From NCBI GenBank assembly GCA_964510165.1, contig CAZEBC010000030.1, forward strand, positions 1 through 27,438: a stretch of 27,438 nt of DNA, read 5' to 3'. Position numbers and translations under genes: made by a program. This DNA is from an uncultured bacterium. Its GTDB lineage: Bacteria > Abyssobacteria > SURF-5. The stretch's first letter is position 1. Each line of letters begins with the position of its first letter. Below, in pieces: positions 7,104-16,063 of this stretch. The notes under the pieces are model-generated. The model ran no database searches and was not told where the DNA came from. It was given only the letters and a program-made list of their open reading frames with translations.

Positions 7104-9653
7104 TCATGCCGGCAACTCGGCTGAGCGATGGCGACGGAAGGAGTCGAAGAATTTCCGGAATTCTTCGAACACCGTATCCGATGGGCCACGCATGACGCGG
7201 CACGCCGGCAAGGAGTTGAGGAAAGTGCGGCCGTAATTCTTTTCGACGACGCGCTTGTCGAGAATGAGGACGGCGCCGTGGTCGGTCCGGTTTCGGATGA
7301 GGCGTCCGAAGCCTTGCTTGAACTTGATAACGGCGAGCGGGACCGAGTATTCGGTGAAGGAGTTGCCGCCCCGCCGCTCGATGGCTTCGGCGCGCGCCTG
7401 TGTGACCGGCTCGTCAGGCACTTTGAAGGGGAGTTTCGCAAGGACGATGCATTCGAGGGACTCGCCCTCGACATCAACGCCTTCCCAGAAGCTTAAGGTG
7501 GCGAAGAGAACCGAGGTGGTGTCGCGCCTGAAGCGGTCGAGAAGAGCGGTGCGGTTATCGTCGCCCTGGCGGAGCACGTTGACGCCCAGCGCTTTCTCCA
7601 AGGCCGGGGCAAGCTGCCAGTACACCGACTCCAGCATATGGAATGAGGTAAACAAGACGAACGCGCGCCCCTGGCTGATGCAAAGGCATTTGAAGATGGA
7701 GTCCACCAGCGCCTCGCGATATCGTGGGTCACGCACGACCGGTACGTCGGTCGGCACTCCGATTATCGCCTGGGTTTCATAGTCGAATGGGGAAGGGAGC
7801 ATGAGGGACCGCAGGCGGTCGCTCTCGGCATGGTCCAGCCCGACGCGCTCGGCGAGGAAGTCGAAGCGGTTGTCAACGGTGAGAGTGGCCGACGTGAGGA
7901 TGACGGTCGGGAACCGCGAGTAGACCTTCTCGGCAAGCACGGGGCCAATGGCGAGAGGGACGGAGAAGAGTCGCACGATGTAAGTTTTTCTGCCGGCGTA
8001 AGTCTCGATCCAGCGTATGCGGTCAAAGCCCTCGCCAAACAGAACGTCCTCGACGTTGGCGGCGGCGACATCGAGGCGATTGGCGAGCGCCTGAAGCTCG
8101 ATGCGATTATCCAGGAAATCCTCGTCCCCTTCGCCTTTGATGGGTTCCAGTTCTTTCAGCAGCATTTTGATACGGGAGACGAGCGTGCGCAATTCGCGGA
8201 TCATATCCTCAACGGGCGGCTTGAAACGCTCGTTCCATTCCTGGTCGTTGTGGAATTCTTCCCCGATTCGCAGTTTGATTTCGCCGTCGGTTTCCTTCGC
8301 TTTACTGACAGCAATCAAATGGATGGCGTCGAAGGCCTCGCCGATCAGGTTTTCGAGTTGCTGTTTGAGGGGGAGGATATCATTTTGGATGTCAACGACT
8401 ATTTCGTCAATCCGGTCGTCTGCCTTGGCTGCGCGCAACAACTTGGTTCTGAGGACGGCAAGCTGGCCGCCCTCCTCGGCCGCGGTCTTGCGGTTGTGGA
8501 GGCGGCCCAGGAGCCGCAGCAGCCCGATCCGCGTCACTCTTGCGCCGAAGTAGGACGTGGCGGAGTCCTCGACGTTGTGCGCTTCGTCGAGGATGATCCG
8601 CTTGTAGCCGGGGAGGATGGCCATGTCGGAGTCGGTGAGCCCCCTGAGCGCGAGGTCGGCGAACAAGAGATGATGGTTGACTACGAGCAGGTCGGCGGAC
8701 GCGGCCTCGCGCCGGGCGCGGTTAAGAAAGCAGTCGTTATAGTGAGCGCAGCGCACGCGCAGGCACGTATCGCTTTCGGCGTTCACCTTATCCCACACGT
8801 CGGCCTTGGGGACGAAGTTCAGGTCGGAACGAGTGCCGTCCTTTGTGTGTTTTGCCCATTCCAGGATAGAGCGGAGAACCTCGCGTTCGTCGGGCGCCGC
8901 CAAAATATCGAATTCCTTTTCGAGCATCGCGAGCTTTCGACGGCAGACGTAGTTTCCGCGGCCCTTCACAAGGACGGCCTTGCAGTCGCTCTTGAGGGCG
9001 GAGAGAAGCGCGGGTATATCCTTGGTCATCAACTGTTCCTGCAGGTTGATGGTGTGGGTGGAGACGACGACACGCTCCTTGTTTTGTTTTATCCAGGCGA
9101 GCGCGGGCACGAGGTAGGCGAACGTTTTTCCGGTGCCGGTGCCGGCCTCGATTGCGGCGATGCTTTTTTCGTTGAACGCGAGGGCCACTGCCCGCATCAT
9201 TTCGACCTGCTGTTCCCTGTGCTCGTACTTCGGGAGCTTGCGTGAGACAGGTCCGCGCGGCATGAGCAGTTTGGACAGTTTGTCCGTATCGAGCGGGACA
9301 AGCTTCTCGCGTTCGAAAGCGACGACGACATCGTACACTTTGCTGACGGCGTTGTTGATGATGTAGAAGGCGACGCCGGCCTGGCCGATGCTGCTCGCGA
9401 TGGAGATGTCGGCGGGCGAGGGCGTGAGCGGTCCGGATGGATGGTTATGTATGACGACGTCGCCCGGGCGCGCGAGTTGCGTGATGGCGGGAACCGAGGC
9501 CTCGTTGCCGTGAGCGAGCGGGATGACCTTGGTGACTACGCGATCGTCGTCGGTGCTTCCGATGAAGAACACCTCGTTGCCGCCCGAGGCTTCGATCTCG
9601 GCGCGCATTTCGCGGATTACTGCTTCGGAGAAGAGTCTTGTTGCAGATTTCAT
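7104..9653 (-). CDS. DinG/YoaA-family Fe-S DNA helicase with an N-terminal JAB/RadC-like domain
   Basis: JAB motif NEVFF...HNHPSGPLTPSPAD; Q motif REQQ; Walker A EAGTGTGKT; four Fe-S Cys (YVC; DTCLRVRCAHYNDC); DEAH; TSATL; FWEGVDV; KQGFGRLIR. Start moved from 9686 to the ATG at 9653, which fits the promoter just upstream. Confidence 0.92.
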   Translation of the reverse strand: MKSATRLFSEAVIREMRAEIEASGGNEVFFIGSTDDDRVVTKVIPLAHGNEASVPAITQLARPGDVVIHNHPSGPLTPSPADISIASSIGQAGVAFYIINNAVSKVYDVVVAFEREKLVPLDTDKLSKLLMPRGPVSRKLPKYEHREQQVEMMRAVALAFNEKSIAAIEAGTGTGKTFAYLVPALAWIKQNKERVVVSTHTINLQEQLMTKDIPALLSALKSDCKAVLVKGRGNYVCRRKLAMLEKEFDILAAPDEREVLRSILEWAKHTKDGTRSDLNFVPKADVWDKVNAESDTCLRVRCAHYNDCFLNRARREAASADLLVVNHHLLFADLALRGLTDSDMAILPGYKRIILDEAHNVEDSATSYFGARVTRIGLLRLLGRLHNRKTAAEEGGQLAVLRTKLLRAAKADDRIDEIVVDIQNDILPLKQQLENLIGEAFDAIHLIAVSKAKETDGEIKLRIGEEFHNDQEWNERFKPPVEDMIRELRTLVSRIKMLLKELEPIKGEGDEDFLDNRIELQALANRLDVAAANVEDVLFGEGFDRIRWIETYAGRKTYIVRLFSVPLAIGPVLAEKVYSRFPTVILTSATLTVDNRFDFLAERVGLDHAESDRLRSLMLPSPFDYETQAIIGVPTDVPVVRDPRYREALVDSIFKCLCISQGRAFVLFTSFHMLESVYWQLAPALEKALGVNVLRQGDDNRTALLDRFRRDTTSVLFATLSFWEGVDVEGESLECIVLAKLPFKVPDEPVTQARAEAIERRGGNSFTEYSVPLAVIKFKQGFGRLIRNRTDHGAVLILDKRVVEKNYGRTFLNSLPACRVMRGPSDTVFEEFRKFFDSFRRHRSAELPA

Positions 9654-9659
9654 GGTTCT

Positions 9660-9688
9660 ATTATAGTCATGGGCGCGGCGGGACACAA
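9660..9688 (-). promoter_or_regulatory. Putative sigma70 promoter giving a leaderless JAB-dinG mRNA
   Basis: The minus strand reads TTGTGT (9688-9683), 17 nt, TATAAT (9665-9660), agaacc, then ATG (9653). There is no Shine-Dalgarno sequence. Confidence 0.65.
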
Positions 9689-9735
9689 TGCTTAGACTGG
9701 GAACACCATACCATATGGTGTCCCCAAATTAAGCA
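9689..9735. repeat. Nested inverted repeat (hairpin or REP-like element) between pgeF and the dinG promoter
   Basis: tgctta-gact-gggaacaccata-cca-tatggtgtcccc-aaat-taagca. Confidence 0.6.
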
Positions 9736-9750
9736 CACCAAGATTTCTAA

Positions 9751-10533
9751 TCAGGTTTCTTTGATGGCGATGACAGAGAGGGTGCGGCCGGCGCGGGGGC
9801 CGTGTCTGCGGGCGGAGAAATACTGGTGGGAATTGCAGACGGAGCAGATTTCCGGATTGATGATCCTCTCGTCTCTAATGCCGGAATCTATGAGCTGGCG
9901 TCGGTTAGCAAGCCAGAGGTCGAGATGCCATTTCCCGTTGCCGGTCTCACGAAAGAGGGAATGTCCGTAGTCGAAGCGGGTCGAAAATCTTTCGTACACG
10001 TCGGCTCCGACCTCGTAGCAACACGGGCCGATGCAAGGCCCGAAGGCGGCCCAGGTGCGGGCAGGGTCGGCGCCCAATTCCTTTTTCATTTCCGCGACGG
10101 CCTTCGCGACGATGCCGAGGACTGAGCTGCGCCAGCCTGCGTGGACTATGCCGACCGCGCTGCGTTCCGGGTCGTACAAGAAAATTGGCACGCAGTCGGC
10201 CGTGAACACGCCGATGGGCACGCCGGGCACATCGGTTATGAGCGCGTCGGTCGCCGGAATGGCGTCGTCGTAGCGGCGCGCTCCCCTGCCCCGCTCCCTC
10301 TGCGTTACTCGGGCGACGGTGTCGCCGTGCACCTGCTGGGCGGCGGTGAACGAGTCGGGGTCGAGGCCTAGTTCACCGAAGATGCGTTTGCGGTTTTCGA
10401 GGATGTTGATAGGGTCATCGCAAGTATGGAGGCCGGTGTTCAGGTTCCGGACGGTGAAGGCCGCAACGATTTTATCGAACGGAGCGCCTTCCGGGAACGC
10501 GTGCCGAATCAGGTTGTTCTCACTCGCCGACAA
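9751..10533 (-). CDS. pgeF: PgeF/YfiH purine nucleoside phosphorylase (peptidoglycan editing factor, laccase-domain family)
   Basis: QVHG, DALIT, TADCVPI, HAGWR, GPCIGPCCYEVG and YFSARR motifs. The TTG start is uncertain. Confidence 0.92.
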   Translation of the reverse strand: MSASENNLIRHAFPEGAPFDKIVAAFTVRNLNTGLHTCDDPINILENRKRIFGELGLDPDSFTAAQQVHGDTVARVTQRERGRGARRYDDAIPATDALITDVPGVPIGVFTADCVPIFLYDPERSAVGIVHAGWRSSVLGIVAKAVAEMKKELGADPARTWAAFGPCIGPCCYEVGADVYERFSTRFDYGHSLFRETGNGKWHLDLWLANRRQLIDSGIRDERIINPEICSVCNSHQYFSARRHGPRAGRTLSVIAIKET

Positions 10534-10936
10534 TCTTGATAATCACTCCTTTGTCGCGCTGTCCGTCAAATTCAGCATAATAAATGGTCTGATATGGGCC
10601 GAGGTCGGGACTGCCGTCGGTGACGGGGATCGTTACGTGGTGACCGGTCAGGATGGCGCGCAGGTGCGCGGCGGCGTTTTTCTTATTTTCGGCCTGGTCG
10701 TGCTGGTAATAGCGGTTCTCGGGGGCGAGTTCCGCAATGATGGCGCTGAAATCGTCGGTGAGCGCGCGATGGCAGTCGCTCACGTAGACGGCGGAGCTTG
10801 ATTGGCGCGGGAAAATAAGCGCGATGCCGTTCTGTATGCCGCTTCGGCTGCAGACCTCGGCGACGTGCTGGGAAATGTCGATGACCTCGACCCGTTTTTC
10901 GGAGCGGATTGTGATTTCGGCGCGGAATGAAAGCAT
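10520..10936 (-). CDS. yjbQ: YjbQ/UPF0047 family protein
   Basis: YQHD...NAAAHLRAIL.G...IPV.DG...LGPYQTIYYAEFDG; the usual HTTA segment is divergent. Confidence 0.85.
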   Translation of the reverse strand: MLSFRAEITIRSEKRVEVIDISQHVAEVCSRSGIQNGIALIFPRQSSSAVYVSDCHRALTDDFSAIIAELAPENRYYQHDQAENKKNAAAHLRAILTGHHVTIPVTDGSPDLGPYQTIYYAEFDGQRDKGVIIKIVGE

Positions 10937-10940
10937 TGTT

Positions 10941-10989
10941 GGGTTCAGGGTCTAGAGTTCAGCGTTTAGAGTTTAGGGTTCAAGGTTCT
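10941..10989. repeat. Imperfect heptamer tandem repeat (7 units)
   Basis: gggttca gggtcta gagttca gcgttta gagttta gggttca aggttct, located between hslU and yjbQ. Confidence 0.75.
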
Positions 10990-11022
10990 CTTATTCCGTG
11001 TTGCGTGTTAAGTGGTTCGTAG

Positions 11023-12393
11023 TCACAGGATGAAGCGGCTGAGGTCTTCGTCCTTCAGGATTTCCTTGAGGCGCTCGCGCACGTATTGGGAGTCGACAGT
11101 GATGGTGGTGCCGGTGCGGGCGGGCGCATCGAAGGATATGTCCTCAAGAACGCGCTCCATGATTGTATGCAGCCTCCGGGCGCCAATGTTCTCGGTCTGC
11201 TCGTTGACGAACTCCGCGCTTCGGGCTATTTCCTTGATGGCGTCATCGGTGACGATAAGTTCGATGCCTTCGGTCTTGAGAAGGCCCACGTACTGGCGAA
11301 CGAGCGCGTTCAGCGGTTCGCGCAGGATTCGCTCGAAGTCGGCGGCGGTCAGGCTCGAAAGCTCGACCCGGAGCGGAAACCGGCCTTGCAGTTCGGGAAT
11401 GAGGTCGGCAGGCTTGGTCATGTGAAATGCGCCCGCGGCGATGAACAGGATGTGCTGGGTACTTACCGGCCCGTATTTTGTCAGGACCGTGCTCCCCTCG
11501 ACGAGCGGGAGCAGGTCGCGCTGCACGCCCTCTCGTGAGACATCCGGCCCGTAGCCGGGCTGTCCCCGGCTTGCTATCTTGTCGATTTCGTCAAGGAACA
11601 CGATGCCCGCTTCCTGGACGCGTTTGAGCGCAAGGGAGACGACCTCGTCCATATCAATCAGCTTTTGGGCTTCCTCTTGCGTGAGGATTTTTCGGGCTTC
11701 GTTGATCTTAACCTTCTTGCGCTTGGTCTGGGAAGGCAGAAGCTTGCCCAGCATGCCTTTCAGGCCGACGTCCATTTCCTCGAGGCCTGAGCCGGTAAAA
11801 ATCTGGAGCGGCAGCGAGGGGGTTTCCTGGGTTTCGATCTCGACGTATCGTTCGTCCATCTCACCCTTGCGAAGTTTCTCCATGAGCTTGTCGCGAGTTG
11901 TCGAAGGAGCGGACACGGTGTCGTCAGGCCCGTGCCCGGCAAATGCTTCGGGTGCGCCTCCCGCCGGCCGGTATTGTGGCGGCAGGATTATGTCCATCAG
12001 GCGTTCCTCCGCCATCTTTTCGGCGATTTCCCGCACCTCGGCGGTCCTTTGCGACTTGACCATATTGACGGCGATTTCGGTAAGTTCGCGAATCATGGAT
12101 TCAACGTCGCGGCCGACATAGCCCACTTCGGTGAACTTCGAGGCTTCGACCTTGAGGAAGGGAGCGTCAGCGAGTCGCGCGAGCCGGCGCGCGATTTCGG
12201 TCTTGCCGACGCCGGTCGGCCCGATCATAATGATGTTTTTCGGGGCGACCTCATCGCGCAGATCGTCGGGGAGATGCTGACGGCGCCATCGGTTGCGCAG
12301 GGCGATTGCGACCATTCGCTTGGCGTCACGCTGGCCGATGATATATTTATCGAGTTCCGCGACTATCTGTTTCGGTGTAAGCGCGTCCCTCAT
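11023..12393 (-). CDS. hslU: ATP-dependent protease ATPase subunit HslU (ClpY)
   Basis: [63 protein letters not shown] and C-terminal DLSRFIL. Confidence 0.97.
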   Translation of the reverse strand: MRDALTPKQIVAELDKYIIGQRDAKRMVAIALRNRWRRQHLPDDLRDEVAPKNIIMIGPTGVGKTEIARRLARLADAPFLKVEASKFTEVGYVGRDVESMIRELTEIAVNMVKSQRTAEVREIAEKMAEERLMDIILPPQYRPAGGAPEAFAGHGPDDTVSAPSTTRDKLMEKLRKGEMDERYVEIETQETPSLPLQIFTGSGLEEMDVGLKGMLGKLLPSQTKRKKVKINEARKILTQEEAQKLIDMDEVVSLALKRVQEAGIVFLDEIDKIASRGQPGYGPDVSREGVQRDLLPLVEGSTVLTKYGPVSTQHILFIAAGAFHMTKPADLIPELQGRFPLRVELSSLTAADFERILREPLNALVRQYVGLLKTEGIELIVTDDAIKEIARSAEFVNEQTENIGARRLHTIMERVLEDISFDAPARTGTTITVDSQYVRERLKEILKDEDLSRFIL

Positions 12394-12845
12394 ACCCGGT
12401 CCAGTTCCTTCACCTCGATGCGGATGCCCGCCTCCTCAAGCATGTCGCGCGCCATCTCGTCGGGATATCCGCCAAGCACGACGATGCGCTCGACACCCGC
12501 GTTAATGAGCATCTTGGCGCACAGGATGCAGGGCTGATTCGTGCAGTACAGGTTTGAGCCGCGCAGGCTGATGCCGAACTGGGCGGCCTGGAGCACGGCG
12601 TTTTGTTCGGCGTGAATGCCCCGGCACAGCTCATGCCGTTCGCCGGAGGGAATGCCCTGTTGTTCACGGATACAGCCGACCTCGTCGCAGTGCTTGAGTC
12701 CACTGGGGGCGCCATTGTAGCCGGTTGCGAGCACACGCTTATCGCGGACGAATACGGCGCCGACCTGGCGTCTCAGGCACGTCGAGCGCGTTGAGACGAG
12801 TTTTGCGATTTCGAGGAAGTATTCATCCCATGATGGTCGGGTCAT
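12390..12845 (-). CDS. dCMP deaminase / ComEB-like cytidine-deoxycytidylate deaminase
   Basis: [29 protein letters not shown] and PCILC zinc motifs. Confidence 0.93.
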   Translation of the reverse strand: MTRPSWDEYFLEIAKLVSTRSTCLRRQVGAVFVRDKRVLATGYNGAPSGLKHCDEVGCIREQQGIPSGERHELCRGIHAEQNAVLQAAQFGISLRGSNLYCTNQPCILCAKMLINAGVERIVVLGGYPDEMARDMLEEAGIRIEVKELDRV

Positions 12846-12903
12846 GATTGATCCTGTATACCACTTGCTTCTTGAGATTTCGTCGCGCCTTTCAGCGGAG
12901 GTT

Positions 12904-12928
12904 TGGGCGCACGCCGTGCGCCCCTACA
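12904..12928. repeat. GTAG-type REP palindrome, copy 2
   Basis: tgggcgcacgccgtgcgcccctaca; the reverse complement is TGTAG-GGGCGCACG-G-CGTGCGCCC-A. Confidence 0.8.
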
Positions 12929-12993
12929 GTCTCATATGATGTAGCCCCACGTTTCATTCTCTCATAAAAGGGGCGCTGGCCGCAAGGGATGGT

Positions 12994-14253
12994 TCACGCG
13001 TCGCCGGGCATGGGGAAACGGTCGCAGAGGTTCTGAACCCGCTGCCTGACCTGGGCGAGCCGGGCCTTGTCAGCCCGGGCCTGAAGGGCCTGATCGATGA
13101 GTTCCGCGATCAGAACCATTTCCTGCTCGGCCATGCCGCGCGTGGTGACGGAGGGCGTTCCCGGCCTGATCCCGCTCGTGACGGAGGGACCCTTCGTGTC
13201 GAAGGGTATCGTGTTCATATTTACGGTGATGCCGGCCTCATCGAGTATCTGCTCCGCCTCCTTGCCGGTGAGTCCCTTGTTTGTCAGGTCGACGAGCATC
13301 AGATGGGTGTCGGTGCCGCCGCTGACGAGCCTGAACCCGCGCTCCCGCAGTTCGGAGGCGAGCCGTCGCGCGTTGATTGCGATGCGGCGCTGGTAGTCGG
13401 CGAACTCCTCGGTCATCGCCTCTTTGAGACATACGGCCTTGGCGGCGATGATGTGCATCAGCGGCCCGCCCTGGATGCCGGGGAAAACAGCCTTGTCGAT
13501 TGCCTGCGCGAATCTCTTCTTGCAAAGGATCATGCCGCCGCGCGGTCCGCGCAATGTCTTATGGGTGGTGACGGTGACGAAATCGGCATGCGGAAACGGA
13601 CTGGGATGCACTCGCCCGGCGATGAGTCCGGCGATGTGCGCGATGTCGGCCATCAGGTACGCGCCAACCTCGCGGGCGATCTTTCCGAATTCTGCGAAAT
13701 CGATGATGCGCGGGTATGCGCTCGCGCCGACGACAATCAGTTTCGGCTTGCATTCGCGGGCCTGTTTGCGAATTGCGTCAAAATCGAGCATTTCCGTTTC
13801 TCGACTGACGCCGTAATGCATGACGTTGTAAAGCTTGCCGGAGAAGCTGGCGGGCGCGCCGTGCGTGAGATGGCCGCCGTGCGACAATTCCATTCCCAAC
13901 ACCACGTCGCCGGGCTTGAGCACGCTAAAATAGACGGCCATGTTCGCCTGAGTGCCGGAGTGCGGCTGCACGTTAGCGTGTTCGGCGTCGAACACTCTTT
14001 GGGCGCGCTCGATGGCGAGGGTCTCGACGATGTCCACATGCTCGCAGCCGCCGTAGTAGCGATGTCCGGGGTAGCCCTCGGCGTACTTATTAGTCATCAC
14101 GCATCCCTGCGCCTCGAGCACGGCAGGGCTGGTGAAATTTTCGGACGGGATCAACTGCAGCTTGCCGCGCTGGCGTTCGTGTTCGCAGTCGATCGCGCGG
14201 GCGACTTCGGGGTCTACTCTTGCAAGCGCTCCCAGTTTCTCAACTACTTCCAA
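12994..14253 (-). CDS. glyA: Serine hydroxymethyltransferase
   Basis: [47 protein letters not shown] (PLP Lys) and FPGIQGGP. Start moved to the TTG at 14253, which has AAGGAG 6 nt upstream; the ORF track starts at 14292. Confidence 0.97.
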   Translation of the reverse strand: MEVVEKLGALARVDPEVARAIDCEHERQRGKLQLIPSENFTSPAVLEAQGCVMTNKYAEGYPGHRYYGGCEHVDIVETLAIERAQRVFDAEHANVQPHSGTQANMAVYFSVLKPGDVVLGMELSHGGHLTHGAPASFSGKLYNVMHYGVSRETEMLDFDAIRKQARECKPKLIVVGASAYPRIIDFAEFGKIAREVGAYLMADIAHIAGLIAGRVHPSPFPHADFVTVTTHKTLRGPRGGMILCKKRFAQAIDKAVFPGIQGGPLMHIIAAKAVCLKEAMTEEFADYQRRIAINARRLASELRERGFRLVSGGTDTHLMLVDLTNKGLTGKEAEQILDEAGITVNMNTIPFDTKGPSVTSGIRPGTPSVTTRGMAEQEMVLIAELIDQALQARADKARLAQVRQRVQNLCDRFPMPGDA

Positions 14254-14326
14254 CGTGCGCTCCTTTCCATAATCTTGGCATTTTTTGCTCAATAAACTTC
14301 ACAACCCGGCAGAAGTACAACCGCAT

Positions 14327-14371
14327 CCCCTCACCCTGCCCTCTCCCACTGGGAGAGGGTTGGGGCGAGGG
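14327..14371. repeat. REP-like palindrome, CCCTCACCC..CCCTCTCCC..GGGAGAGGG family, complete copy
   Basis: cccctcaccctgccctctcccactgggagagggttggggcgaggg, located between rpiB and glyA. Confidence 0.8.
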
Positions 14372-14374
14372 CGT

Positions 14375-14809
14375 TCATTCATCGCCGTCGATTTTTCGGA
14401 TTCGCCTGAGATGGCGGCCACCCTCAAAGGGGGTATTCATCCATACCCGGATAATATCGCGAGCGGTCGGCTCGTCCAGGATTCGCGCCCCGAGCACGAG
14501 GACATTGGCGTCATTATGCGCTCTGGCCATTTCGGCCATGTAGGTATTCAGGCACAGCGCGGCGCGGATGCCTTTATGCCGGTTGGCCGTATAACTCATG
14601 CCGAGGCCGGTTCCGCACACGAGCACTCCACGCTCGAATCGGCCGTCAAGCACGCCCTTGCAGAGTTTTCGGGCGTACTCGGGGTAGTCGCAGGATTCGC
14701 TCGTGTAGCAGCCCAAATCTTCGACGGTGTGGCCTTCGGATTCGAGGGCCTCCTTGACTTTGGCCTTCAGATCGAGTCCGGCATGGTCAGACGCTACCGC
14801 GAGTTTCAT
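14375..14809 (-). CDS. rpiB: Ribose 5-phosphate isomerase B
   Basis: ASDHAG, DYP, CGTGLG, ANRHKGIRAA, HNDANVL and FEGGRHLRR. Confidence 0.96.
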   Translation of the reverse strand: MKLAVASDHAGLDLKAKVKEALESEGHTVEDLGCYTSESCDYPEYARKLCKGVLDGRFERGVLVCGTGLGMSYTANRHKGIRAALCLNTYMAEMARAHNDANVLVLGARILDEPTARDIIRVWMNTPFEGGRHLRRIRKIDGDE

Positions 14810-14832
14810 GTTCGCCTCGCTTCCGGATCATT

Positions 14833-15471
14833 CTATTGGAATTCGGCGATTACGGCCATAAGGCGCTCAGCCGCAATCGCACCCTCTCTTAATATTACTA
14901 TTTTCTTGCCCGTGACATCCACTATTGTGGAGGCCTCGCCTGCGGGGGCCGGTCCTCCGTCGACGACGGCATCGATCTCGCCCCTGAAGTAGTCCATGGC
15001 CTCGCGGGCGTTCCGGGCGGCGGGTGCGCCGGCCGGGTTTGCGCTGGTTGCCACCAGCATGCCACCGAGGGCGCCCGCGAGGGCGCGCGCAATCCTGCTG
15101 TCGGGCACTCTCAGGCAGATGGCACGGCGCGCGTCCAATGCCTCGGGCGGCAATGTTCCCGAGTCTTTGACCACGAGTGAAACAGGGCCGGGCCAGAACC
15201 TGTCTATGATAGCGGAGGCTGCGGCATTGAGGCGAATTCCCCATTCTGCGAGCCGCTCGGTCTTATCGATAACATAGGGAAACGGTTTCGCGCTGGAGCG
15301 GCCTTTCAGTATCCGGATTCTATGAATAGCCTCGGGATTGAACGCATCCCCCCCGAGCCCGTACAGCGTATCGGTAGGATAAGCAATGACGCCGCCCTTC
15401 TTGAGAAGCGAGGCTATCTCGTTCACGAATTTGGGGTCAGGCGATTTCGGGTCAAGAACAAACACTTTCAT
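14833..15471 (-). CDS. tsaC: L-threonylcarbamoyladenylate synthase (TsaC/YrdC domain only)
   Basis: YPTDTLYGL, KGR...KP, FWPGP, TSAN and STIVD...ILREGAI. Start placed at the ATG at 15471 (MKVFVLDP). Confidence 0.92.
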   Translation of the reverse strand: MKVFVLDPKSPDPKFVNEIASLLKKGGVIAYPTDTLYGLGGDAFNPEAIHRIRILKGRSSAKPFPYVIDKTERLAEWGIRLNAAASAIIDRFWPGPVSLVVKDSGTLPPEALDARRAICLRVPDSRIARALAGALGGMLVATSANPAGAPAARNAREAMDYFRGEIDAVVDGGPAPAGEASTIVDVTGKKIVILREGAIAAERLMAVIAEFQ

Positions 15472-16063
15472 GGCGCTTAAGGATACCTTCAAGAATGTGA
15501 CGCGCTTTTCTTAAAGCCTGCGCCCGATGGCTGATCTGGTTCTTGACCTCGGGTCCAAGCTTGGCGAAAGTCGCAGTGTATCCGTTTGGGATAAAGACCG
15601 GATCATAACCGAAGCCGGACTTACCGCTCGGGCGCGTGGCGATCCTGCCCTCACACCGCCCGGTGGCGATCCACACCTTCTTGCCGTCGGTAATCACGAT
15701 GACACAGACGAAGCGTGCGGTCCGCCTCTTGGGGCTGACGCCGCGCAAGTGTCGAAGCAACTTGCGTACGTTGTCGAGGTCAGCGGCGTTTTCCCCGGCA
15801 AATCGCGCCGACATGCAGCCGGGCTGGCCGTTGAGATGATCCACTTGGAGGCCTGAATCTTCAGCCAGAGTGAGCAGGCCCGTCTGCCGGTAATAGCCTC
15901 TCGCCTTGAGCCGGGCATTCGCAACAAAGGAGTTACCCGTTTCCTTGACGGAGACGATTTTCTCGAAATCCTTGAGACTGACGAGATCGAGCGGCAGGTT
16001 TTCGAGGGCGCGTGAAATCTCGCGAATCTTGCCGGAATTGCCAGTGGCAAGCAGGAGTTTCAT
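15452..16063 (-). CDS. rdgB: Non-canonical purine NTP pyrophosphatase (RdgB/HAM1)
   Basis: [33 protein letters not shown] and KNQISHR. The ATG at 16063 overlaps the rph stop (ATGA). Confidence 0.95.
   Translation of the reverse strand: MKLLLATGNSGKIREISRALENLPLDLVSLKDFEKIVSVKETGNSFVANARLKARGYYRQTGLLTLAEDSGLQVDHLNGQPGCMSARFAGENAADLDNVRKLLRHLRGVSPKRRTARFVCVIVITDGKKVWIATGRCEGRIATRPSGKSGFGYDPVFIPNGYTATFAKLGPEVKNQISHRAQALRKARHILEGILKRHESVCS

Noticed and set aside
7830-9245. Long plus-strand ORFs antisense to real genes (e.g. 7830-9245, 1477-2616, 13303-14295, 16976-18127, 19958-21010, 14285-14992)
   Set aside because: They are shadows of well-supported minus-strand genes, expected from codon bias in GC-rich DNA, and show no recognisable motifs or RBS.
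7104-9653. DinG as part of a type IV CRISPR-Cas system, or JAB as part of a CBASS/ubiquitin-like defence system
   Set aside because: There are no cas genes, array, CD-NTase, E1/E2 or ubiquitin-like genes nearby; the context is housekeeping.
10941-10989. Tandem repeats or REP copies as a CRISPR array
   Set aside because: The units are 7 nt with no spacers, and the REP-like copies are dispersed kilobases apart.
14254-14374. Riboswitch (ZTP/glycine/THF) upstream of glyA
   Set aside because: The gap is short and mostly filled by a REP-like palindrome; I recognised no aptamer consensus.
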